From contig OX597821.1 in the NCBI GenBank assembly GCA_951406725.2, forward strand, positions 20,584,001-20,648,000: a stretch of DNA of 64,000 nucleotides, given 5' to 3'. This DNA is from Octopus vulgaris. Lineage: Eukaryota. The notes beneath the pieces are model-generated. The model searched no databases. It was not told the DNA's origin and was given only the letters and a program-made list of their open reading frames with translations. Of the stretch, positions 29,401-41,400 are shown piece after piece. The translations under genes and the position numbers were made by a program. Each line of letters begins with the position of its first letter. Within the stretch, counting starts at the first letter, position 1.

Positions 29401-32400
29401 TGAAAACGAGGCTTTAGAATGAAAACGAGGCGTTTGAATGAAAATGAGGCTTTAGAATGTAAGGGAGGCTTTGGAATGAAAACGAGGCTTTGGAATGAAA
29501 ACGAGGATTTGGTATGAAAACAAGACTTTGGAATGAAAACGAGGCATTGACATGCAAACGAGTCTATGGAATAATAACGATGCTTTAGAATGAAAACGAG
29601 GCTTTAGAATGAAAACGAGGATTAAGAATAAAAACATGGCTTTGCAACGGAAACGAGGGTTGGAATGATAACAAGGCTTTGCAACGAAAACGATGCTTTT
29701 GGAACGACAACGAAGCTTGGAATTAAAACGAGGCTTTAGATTGAAAATGTGGCTGTGGAATAAAAACAAGCGTTAAAAAGAAAAAAGGCTTCGGAATGAA
29801 AACAAGGCTTTGGAATGAAAACGAACATTACAATGAGAAAAAGGCTTGGGGGCGAAAACGAGGCTTTGGAATGAAAACAAGGCTTTGGAATGAAAACGAG
29901 GCTCTATACCGAAAACAAAGCTTTGGAATGAAAAAAAGGCTTTGGAATGAAAGAAAGGCTTTGGAATGAAAACGAGGCTTTAGAACGAAAACGAGACTTT
30001 AGAATGAAAACAAGGATTTGGAAAGAAAAAAAGGCTTTGGAATGAGAACGAGGCTTTAGATTGAAAACAAGTCTTTGGAATGAAAACGAAACTTTAGAAT
30101 GAAAACAAGGCTTTGGAATGAAAATGTGGCTTTACACCGAAAAGAAGGCTTTAGAATGAAAACAAGGATTTGGAAAGAAAACAAGGCTTTGGAATGAAAA
30201 CGAGGCTTTAGAATGAAAACAAGTCTTTGGAATGAAAACGAAGCTTTAGAATGAAAACAAGTCTTTGGAATGAAAATGTGGCTTTGGAATGAAAACAAGG
30301 CTTTAGAATGAAAACGTGTCTTTGGAATGTAAACAAGGCTTTGGAAAGAAAACGAGGCTTTTGAATGAAAACGAGGCTATAGAATGAAAACGAAGCTTTG
30401 GAATGAAAGCAAGGCTTTGGAATGAAAACGAGGCTTTAGAATGAAAACGTGGCATTGGAATGAAAACGAGGCTTTGGTATGAAAATGACCCTTTAGAATG
30501 AAAACGAGGCTTAGGAAAGAAAACGAGGCTCCGGAATGAAAACGAGGCTTTGGAATGAAAATGAGGCTTTGATATGAAAACGAGGCTTTGGAATGAAAAC
30601 AAGGGTTTGGAATAAAAACGAGGCTTTAGAATGAAAACGGGGCATTGGAATGAAAACGAGGCTTTTGAATTAAAACGAGGTTTGGAATGAAAATAAGGCT
30701 TTAGAATGTAATCGATGCTTTGGAATGAAAACGAGGCTTTGGAATAAAAATGAGGCTTTGGAATGAAAAAGAGACTTTGGAATGAAAACGAGGCTTTGGA
30801 ATGAAAACGAGGCTCCGGAATGAAAACGAGGCTTTGGAATGAAAATGAGGCTTTGATATGAAAACGAGGCTTTGGAATTAAAACAAGTGTTTGGAATAAA
30901 AACGAGGCTTTAGAATGTAATCTAAATGAGGCATTGGAATGAAAACGAGGCTTTGGAATGAAAACGAGGCATTGGAATGAAAACGAAGCAATAGTATGAA
31001 AATGAGGGTTTTGAATGAAGACGAGGCTTTGGAAAGAAAACGAGGCTTTGGAATGAAAATTTGGCTTTCAAATGAAAACGAGACTTGGGTATGAAAACGA
31101 AGCTTTAGAATGAAAACGAGACTTTAGAATGAAAACGGGGCATTGGAATGAAAACGAGGCTTTAGAATCAAAACGAGGCTTTCGAATGAAAATTAGGGTT
31201 TAGAATGTAAATGAGGCATTGGAATGAAAAAAAGACATTGGAATGAAAACGAGGCTTTGGTATGAAAACAAGACTTTAGAATGAAAACGATGCATTTGAA
31301 TGAAAAAGAGGCTTTAGAATGAAAACGAGGCTTTGGAATTGAAAATGAGCCTTTAGAATAAAGACGAGGCTTTGGAACGAAAACGAGGCTTTGGAATGAA
31401 AACGAGGCTTTAGAATGAAAAGGAGGCTTTGGAATAAAAACGAGGGTTAGAATGAAAACAAGGCTTTACAATAAAAACGAGGCTTTACAATGAGAACATG
31501 TCTTGGGAACGAAAACGAGACTTTAGAATGAAAACAAGGCTTTGGAATGAAAACGAGGCTTTAGAAGGAAAACAAGTCTTTGGAATGAAAACGAGGCTTT
31601 GGAATGAAAACGAGGCTTTAGAAAGAAAACGAAGCTTTGGAATGAAAACGCGGCATTGGAGTGAAAACGAGGATTTAGAATGAAAACGAGGCTTGGGAAT
31701 GAAAACGAGGCTTTGGAATGAAAACGAGGCTTTGGAATGAAAACGAGGATTTAGAATAAAAACAAGGCTTTGCAACGGAAACGAGGCTTTGGAATGAAAA
31801 CAAGGCTTTGCAACGAAAACGATGCATTTGGAACGAAAAAGAAAGCTTTGGAATTAAAACGAGGCAAAATTTGCTAAGCATTGAGGCTGTGGAATAAAAA
31901 CAAGGGTTAAAAAGAAAAAAGGCTTCGGAATCAAAACAAGGCTTTCGAATGAAAACGAACATTACAATGAGAACAAGTCTTGGGAGCGAAAACGAGGCTT
32001 TAGAATGAAAAAAGGCTTTGGAATGAAAAAGAGGCTTTATACCGAAAACAAGGCTTTGGAATGAAAAAAAGGCTTTGGAATGAAAACGAGGCTTTAGAAC
32101 GAAAACGAGGCTTTAGAATGAAAACAAGGATTTGGAAAGAAATCATGGCTTTGGAATGAGAACGAGGCGTTAGATTGAAAACAAGTCTTTGGAATGAAAA
32201 CGAAGCTTTAGAAAGAAACAAGGCTTTGGAATGAAAATGTGGTTTGGAATGAAAACAAGGCTTTAGAATGAAAACGTGGCTTAGAATGAAAACAAGTCTT
32301 TTGAAAGAAAACGAGGCTTTAGAACGATAATAAGGCTTTGGAATGAAAACGGATCTTTGGAATGAAAACAAGGCTTTTGAAAGAAAACGTGTCTTTGGAA

Positions 32401-35400
32401 AGAAAACGAGGCTTTAGAATGAATACAAAGCTTTGGAATGAAAGCAAGGCTTTGGAATGAAAACGAGGCTTTAGAATGAAAACGAGGCTTTCGAATGAAA
32501 CTGAGGCTTTAGAATGTAAATGAGGCATTGGAATGAAAAAAGACTTTGGAATTAAAACGAGGCATTGGTATGAAAACAAGACTTTGGAATGAAAAGGACG
32601 CTTTTGAATGAAAACGAGGCTTTAGAATGAAAACGAGGCTTTGGAATGAAAATGAGCCTTTAGAATGAAGACGAGGCTTTGGAAAGAATACGAGGCTCTG
32701 GAATGAAAACGAGGCTTTAGAATGAAAACGAGGCTTTGGAATGAAAACGAGGCTTTGGAATGAAAACAGATTTTTGGAATGAAAACAAGGCTTTTGAAAG
32801 AAAACGTGTCTTTGGAATGAAAACAAGGCTTTGGAAAGAAAACGAGACTTTTGTATGAAAACGAGGCTATAGAATGAAAACGAAGCTTTGGAATGAAAGC
32901 AAGGCTTTGGAATGAAAACGAGGCTTTAGAATGAAAACGGGGCATTGGAATGAAAACGAGGCTTTAGAATGAAAACGAGGCTTTGGAATGAAAACGAGGC
33001 TTTGGAATGAAAACGAGGCTTTGATATGAAAACGAGGCTTTGGAATGAAAACAAGGGTTTGGAATAAGAAGTAGGCTTTAGAATGAAAACGGGGCATTGG
33101 AATGAAAACTAGGCTTTTGAATTAAAACGAGGCTTTGGAATGAAATTGAGGCTTTAGAATGTAATCGATGCTTTGGAATGAAAACGAGGCTTTGGAATGA
33201 AAATGAGGCTTTAGTATGTAATCGATGCTTTGGAATGAAAACGAGGCTTTTGAATTAAAACGAGGCTTTGGAATGAAAATGAGGCTTTAGAATGTAATCG
33301 ATGCTTTGGAATGAAAACGAGGCTTTGGAATGAAAATGAGGCTTTAGAATGTAATCGATGCTTGGAATGAAAACGAGGCTTTGGAATGAAAATGAGGCTT
33401 TGGAATGAAAACAAGACTTTGGAATGAAAATGAGGCATTGGAATGAAAACGAGGCTTTGGAATGAAAACGAGGCATTGGAATGAAAACGAGGCAATAGTA
33501 TGAAAACGAGGTTTGGAATGAAAATGAGGGTTTTGAATGAAGACGAGGCTTTGGAAAGAAAACTAGGCTTTGGATTGAAAATTAGGAATTAAAATGAAAA
33601 CGAGGCTTGGGAATGAAAACGAGGCTTGGGAGTGAAAACGAGGCTTTGGAATGAAAACGAGGAGTCGGTATGAAAACGAGGCTTTAGAATGAAAACGAGG
33701 CTTTGGAATGAAAACGAGGCTTTAGAATGAAAACGGGCATTGGAATGAAAACGAGGCTTTAGAATCAAAACGAGGCTTTCGGAATGAAAATGAGGCTTTG
33801 GAATGAAAATGAGGCATTGGAATGAAAAAAAGACTTTGGAATGAAAACGAGGCTTTAGTATGAAAACAAGACTTTGGACTGAAAACGACGCATTTGAATG
33901 AAAAAGAGGCTTTAGAATGAAAACGAGGCTTTGGAATGAAAACAAGGCTTTAGAATGAAAACGAGGCTTTGGAATGAAAACGAGGCTTTGGAATGAAAAT
34001 GAGGTTTTGGAATAAAAACGAGGTTTGAATGAAAAAGGCTTTGGAATGAAAACAAGGCTTTGGAATTAAAACGAGGCTTTACAATGAGAACAAGTCTTGG
34101 GAACGAAAACGAGACTTTAGAATGAAAACAAGGCTTTGGAATGAAAACGAGGCTTTAGAAGGAAAACAAGCTTTTGGAATGAAAACGAGGCTTTGGAATA
34201 AAAACGAGGCTATAGAAAGAAAACGAGGCTTTGGAATGAAAACGCGGCATTGGAAGGAAAACGAGGATTTAGAATGAAAACGTGGCTTTGGAATGAAAAT
34301 GAGGCTTTAGAATGTAAAAGAGGCTTTGGAATGAAAACGAGGCTTTAGAATGAAAACGAGGCTTTGGAATGAAAACGAGGATTTAGAATAAAACAAGGCT
34401 TTGCAACGGAAACGAGGCTTTGGAATGAAAACGAGGCTTTGCAACGAAAACGATGCATTTGGAACGAAAACGAAGCTTTGGAATTAAAACGAGACTTTAG
34501 ATTGAAAATGAGGCTTGGGAATAAAAACAAGGGTTAAAAAGAAAAAAAGGCTTCGGAATGAAAACAAGGCTTTGGAATGAAAACGAACATTACAATGAGA
34601 ACAAGGCTTGGGAGCGAAAACGAGGCTTTGGAATGAAAACGAGGCTTTGGAAAGAAAACAGGCTTTAGAACGAAAACGAGGCTTTAGAATGAAAACAAGG
34701 ATTTGGAAAGAAATCAAGGCTTTGGAATGAGAACGAGGATTTAGAATGAAAACAAGTCTTTGGAATAAAAACGAAGCTTTAGAATGAAAACAAGGCTTTG
34801 GAATGAAAATATGGCTTTGGAATGAAAACAAGGCTTTAGAATGAAAACGTGGCTTAGAATGAAAACAAGTGTTTTGATAGAAAACGTGTCTTTGGAATGA
34901 AAACAAGGCTTTAGAATGAAAACGAAGCTTTGGAATGAAAGCATGGCTTTGGAAAGAAAACGAGGCTTTAAAATGAAAACGGAGCATTGGAATGAAAAAG
35001 AGGCGTTAGAATCAAAACGAGGCTTTCAAATGAAACTGAGGCTTTAGAATGTAAATGAGGCATTGGAATGAAAAAAAGACTTTGGAATTAAAACGAGGCT
35101 TTGGTATGAAAACGAGGCTTTAGAATGAAAACGAGGCTTTGGAATGAAAATGAGGCTTTGGAATGAAAACGAGGCTTTGATATGAAAATGAGGCTCTGGA
35201 ATGAAACAAGGGTTTGGAATAAAAACGAGGCTTTAGAATGAAAACGAGGCTTTTGAATTAAAACGAGGCTTTGGAATGAAAATGAGGCTTTAGAATGTAA
35301 TCGATGCATTGGTATGAAAACGGGGCTTTGGAATGAAAATGAGGCTCTGGAATGAAAACAAGACTTTGGAATGAAAATGAGGCATTGGAATGAAAACGAG

Positions 35401-38400
35401 GCTTTAGAATGAAAACGAGGCTTTGGAATGAAAAGAAGAGGTTGGAATGAAAATGAGGCTTTGGAATGAAAACGCGGCTTTTAAATGAAAACGAACCTTT
35501 TGAATGAAAACGAGTCTTTGGAATGAAAACAAGGTTTTGGAATGAAAACGAGGTTTGAAATGAAAACGAGACTTTAGAATGAAAACAAGGCTTTGGATTG
35601 TAAACAAGGCTTTGGAATGAAAACAAAGCTTTGGAATGAAAACGAGGCTTTGAAATGAAATCGAGGCTATTGGTTAAAAACGAGGCTTTGGAATGAAAAC
35701 TAGTCTTTGGAATGAAAACGAGGCTTTGGAAGGAAAACAATGCTTTAGAATGAATACAAGGCGTTGTATCGACAACGAGGCTTTAGAATGAAAAAGAGGC
35801 TTTGGATTGGAAACGACGCTTTGGAATGAAAACGAGAATTTAGATTGAAAACGAGGCTTTGGAATGAAAACAAGGCCTTGGAATGAAAACGATGCTTTGG
35901 AACGAAAACGAAGCTTTGGAATGAAAACGAGGCTTTGGAATGAAAACGAAGCTTTTGAATGAAAACGAGGCTTTGGAATAAAGACGAGGCATTAAAATGA
36001 AAAGAAAGCTTCGGAATGAAAACGAGGCTTTAGAATGAAAGGAAGGCTTTGGAATGAAAATGAGGCTTTGGAATGAAAACAAGGCTTTGGAATGAAAACG
36101 AGGCTTTAGAATGAAGGCATGGATTTGGAATGAAAACGATGCTTTGGTATGAAAACGAGGCTTTGAAATGAAAACGAGGCTATGGAATGAAAACGAGGCT
36201 GTAGAATGAAAACGAGGCTTTGGAATGAAAACAAAGCTTTTGAATGAAAACGAGGCTTTGGAATGAAATCAAGGCTTTGGAATGAAAACTAGTCTTTGGA
36301 ATGAAAACGAGGGTTTCGAATGAAAACAAAACTTTAGAATGAAAACAAGTCGTTGGATCGAAAACGAGGCTTTAGAATGAAAACAAGGCTTTGTAATGAA
36401 AACGAGGCTTTGAAATGAAAACGAGGCTATGGAATGAAAACGAGGCTTTGGAAGGAAAACAATGCTTTAGAATGAATACAAGGCGTTGTATCGACAACGA
36501 GGCTTTAGAATGAGAACGAGGCTTTGGAATGAAAACGACGCTTTGGAATGAAAACGAGAATTTAGATTGAAAACGTGGCTTTGGAATGAAAACAAGGCCT
36601 CGGAATGAAAACGAGGCTTTGGAACGAAAACGAGGATTTTGAATGAAAACGTGTTTTCGAATGAAAACAAGGCTTTTGTATTAAAACGAGGCTTTGGAAT
36701 AAAGACGAGGCATTAGAATGAAAACAAGGCTTCGGAATGAAAACGAGGCTTTAGAATGAAAGGAAGGCTTTGGAATGAAAACAAGGCTTTAGGATGAAGA
36801 CAAGGATCTGGAATGAAAACGATGCTTTGGTATGAAAACGAGGCTTTGTACTGAAAACGAGGCTATGGAATGAAAACCAGGCTGTAGAATGAAAAGGAGG
36901 CTTTGGAATGAAATCAAGGCTTTGGAATGAAAACTATTCTTCGGAATGAAAGCGAGGCTTTGTCATGAAAATGAGGCTTTGAAATGAAAACGAGGCTATG
37001 GAATGAAAACGAGGCTTTGGAATGAAAACGAGGCTTTTGAACGAAAATGAGGCTTTAGAATGTAAACGAGGCTCTGGAATGAATATGATGGTTTAGAATG
37101 AAGACGAGGCTTTGGAAAGAAAACGAGTCTTTGAAATGAAAACATGGTTTACGAATGAAAACATGGCTTACGAATGAAAACGAGGCTGTGGAATGAAAAT
37201 AAGGCATTGTAATGAAAATAAGGCATTGGAATGAAAACAAGGCTTTACAATGAAAACAAGGCTTGGGAACGAAATCGAGACTTTAGAATGAAAACAAGGC
37301 TTTGTAATGAAATCGAGGATTTAGAATGAAAACAAGTCTTTGGAATGAAAACGAAGCTTTAGAATGAAAACATGACTTTGGAATGAAAACGAAGCTTTGG
37401 AATGAAAATAAGGCTTTGGAACGAAAAAAGTCTTTGGAATGAAAACAAGGCTTTGGAAAGAAAACGAGGCTTTGGAATGAAAACGAGGCTTTAGAATGAA
37501 AACAAATCTTTAGAATGAAAACAATGCATTGGATCGACAACGAGGCTTCAGAATGAAAACGTGGCTTTTGAATGTAAACGACCCTTTGGAATGAAAACGA
37601 GGATTTAGAATGAAAAGGAGGCTTTGGAATGGAAACAAAACTTTGGATTGAAAACGAGTCTTTGGAATGAAAACAATGCTTTTGAATGAAAACGAGGTTT
37701 TGGAATGAAAACGAGGCTTTAGAATGAAAACGAGGCCTTGGAATAAAAACAAGGCTTTAGAGTGAAAACAAGGCTTTGGAACGAAAACGAGGCTTTAGAA
37801 TGAAGACAAGGCTTTGGAATGAAAACGAGGCTTTGGAATGAAAACATGAGTTTGGAATGAAAACGAGGCTTTGGAATGAAAACGCGGCTTTGGAATGAAA
37901 ACCAGGCTTTGGAATGAAAACAATGCTTTGGAATGAAAACGAGGCTTTTGAATGAAAACGAGGATTCAGAATGAAAACAAGGCTTTGGTATGAAAACTTC
38001 TCTCTGGAATGAAAACAAGGCTTTAGAATGAAAACGAGGCTTTGGAGTGAAAACAAGGCTTTGGAATGAAAACAAGGCTTTGGAATGAAGTGAAGGCTTC
38101 GGAATGAAAACGATGCTTTGGTATGAAAACAAGGCTTTGTAATGAAAACGAGGCTTTGGAATGGAATCGAGGCTTTGGAATGAAAAGGAACGTTTTGAAT
38201 GAAAACGAACGTTTTCAATGAAAACAGGCTTTGGAATGAAATCAAGGCTTTGGAATGAAAACTCGTCTTTGGAATGAAAACGAGGTTTTGGAATGAAAAC
38301 AAAGCATTAGAATGAAAACCAATCGTTGGATCGAAAACGAGGCTTTAGAATGAAAACAAGGCTTTGTAATGAAAACGAGGCTTTGAAATGAAAACGAGGC

Positions 38401-41400
38401 TATGGAATGAGAACGACACTTTGGTATGAAAACGAGGCTTTAGAATGAAAACGAGGCTTTAGAATGAAACCGAGGCTTTTGAATGAATATGAGGCTTTAG
38501 AATGAAGACGAGGCTTTGAAATGAAAACGAGTCTTTGGAATGAAAATAAGGCAATGGAATGAAAATATGGCATTGGAATGAAAACAAGGCTTTGGAATGA
38601 AAACGTGGCTTTGGAATGAAAACAAAGCTTTAGAATGAAAACAAGGCATTGGATCGACAACGAGGCTTTAGAATGAAAACGAGGCCTTGGAATGAAAACG
38701 AAGCTTTGGAATGAAAACGAGGATTTAGAATGAAAACGAGGCTTTGGCATGAAAATGAGGCTTTGGAATGAAAATAAGGCTTTGGAACGAAAACGAGGCT
38801 TTGGAACGAAAACGAGGCTTTGGAATGAAAACGAGGTTTTGGAATGAAAACGAAGCTTTTGAATGAAAACAAGGCTTTTGAATGAAAACGAGGCTTTGTA
38901 ATAAAAATGAGGCATTGGAATGAAAACAAGGCTTTGGATTGAAAACGAGGCTTTAGAATGAAAGCAAGGCTTTTTGAATGAAAATGAGGCTTTGGAATGA
39001 AAACAAGGCTTTGGATCGAAAACGAGGCTTTAGAATGAAGACACGGCTTTGGAATGAAAACAAGAGTTTGGAATGAAAACGAGGCTTTGGAATGAAAACG
39101 CGGCTTTAAAATGAAAACGATGCTTTTGAATGAAAACTTGGCTTTAGAATGAAAACAAGGCTTTGGAATGAAAACTTCTCTTTGGAATGAAAACGAAGCT
39201 TTTGAATGAAAACGAGGCTTTAGAATGATAACATGGCTTTGGAATGAAAACGAGTCTTTGGAATGAAAACAAGGCTTTGGAATGAAAACAAGTCTTTGGA
39301 ATAAAAACAAGGCTTTGGAATGAAAACGAGGTTTTAGAATGAAAACGGGGCATTGGAATGAAAACGAGGCTTTCGAATGAAAATTAGGCTTTAGAATGTA
39401 AATGAGGCTTTGGAAAGAAAACGAGGCTTGGGAATGAAAACGAGGCTTTGGAATGAAAACGAGGCTTTGGAATGAAAATGAGGCTTTAGAATGAAGACGA
39501 GGCTGTGGAATGAAAACGAGGCTTTGGAATGAAAACGAGGCTTTGGAATGAAAACGAGGCTTTGGAATGAAAACGAAGCTTTTGAATGAAAACGAGGATT
39601 CAGAATGAAAACAAGGCTTTGGTATGAAAACTACTCTCTGGAATGAAAACAAGGCTTTTAGATGAAAACGAGGCTTTGGAATGAAAACAAGGCTTTGGAA
39701 TGAAAACAAGGCTTTGGAATGAAGGCAAGGCTTCGGAATGAAAACGATGCTTTGGTATGAAAACAAGGCTTTGTAATGAAAACGAGGCTTTGGAATGAAA
39801 TCGAGGCTTTGGAATGAAAACGAACGTTTTCAATGAAAACGAACGTTTTCAATGAAAACGAGGCTTTGGAATGAAATCAAGGCTTTGGAATGAAAAATCG
39901 TCTTTGGAATGAAAACGAGGTTTTTTGAGAGAAAACAAAGCTTTGGAATGAAAACCTACCGTTGGATCGAAAACGAGGCTTTAGAATGAAAACAAGGCTT
40001 GTAATGAAAACGAGGCTTTGAAATGAAAACGAGGCTATGGAATGAGAACGAGACTTTGGTGTGAAAACGAGGCTTTAGAATGAAAACGAGGCTTTAGAAT
40101 GAAACCGAGGCTTTGGAATGAATATGAGGCTTTAGAATGAAAACGAGGCTTTGAAATGAAAACGAATCTTTGGAATGAAAATAAGGCATTGGAATGAAAA
40201 TAAGGCATTGGAATGAAAACAAGGCTTTGGAATGAAAACGTGGCTTTGGAATGAAAACAAAGCTTTAGAATGAAAACAAGGCATTGGATCGACAACGAGT
40301 CTTTAGAATGAAAACGAGGCTTTGGAATGAAATCGAAGCTTTGGAATGAAAACGAGGGTTTAGAATGAAAACGAGGCTTTGGCATGAAAATGAGGCTTTG
40401 GAATGAAAACAAGGCTTTGGAACGAAAACGAGGCTTTGGAACGAAAACGAGGCTTTTGAATGAAAACGAGGTTTTGGAATGAAAACGAAGCTTTTGAATG
40501 AAAACGAGGCTTTTGAGTGAAAACGAGGCTTTTGAATGAAAACGAGGCTTTGTAATAAAAATGAGGCTTTGGAATGAAAACGAGGCTTTAGAATGAAAGC
40601 AAGGCTTTTTGAATGAAAATGAGGCTTTGGAATGAAAACAAGGCTTTGGAACGAAAACGAGGCTTTAGAATGAAGAAACGGCTATGGAATGAAAACCGGG
40701 CTTTGGAATGAAAACAAGAGTTTGGAATGAAAACGAGGCTTTGGAATGAAAACGCGGCTTTAAAATGAAAACGAAGCTTTTGAATGAAAACTTGGCTTTA
40801 GAATGAAAACAAGGCTTTGGAATGAAAACTTCTCTTTGGAATGAAAACGAAGCTTTTGAATGAAAACGAGGCTTTGGAATGAAAACATGGCTTTGGAATG
40901 AAAACGAGTCTTTGGAATGAAAACAAGGCTTTGGAATGAAAACAAGTCTTTGGAATAAAAACAAGGCTTTGAAATGAAATGAAGGCTTTGGAAGAAAACG
41001 AGGCTTTAGAATGAAAACGAGGCTTTGGAATGAAAACAAGGCTTTGGAACGAAAACGAGGCTTTAGAATGAAGACACGGCTTTGGAATGAAAACCGGGCT
41101 TTGGAATGAAAACAAGAGTTTGGAATGAAAACGAGGCTTTGGAATGAAAACGCGGCTTTAAAATGAAAACGAAGCTTTTGAATGAAAACTTGGCTTTAGA
41201 ATGAAAACAAGGCTTTGGAATGAAAACTTCTCTTTGGAATGAAAACGAAGCTTTTGAATGAAAACGAGGCTTTGGAATGAAAACATGGCTTTGGAATGAA
41301 AACGAGTCTTTGGAATGAAAACAAGGCTTTGGAATGAAAACAAGTCTTTGGAATAAAAACAAGGCTTTGAAATGAAAAGAAGGCTTTGGAAGAAAACGAG

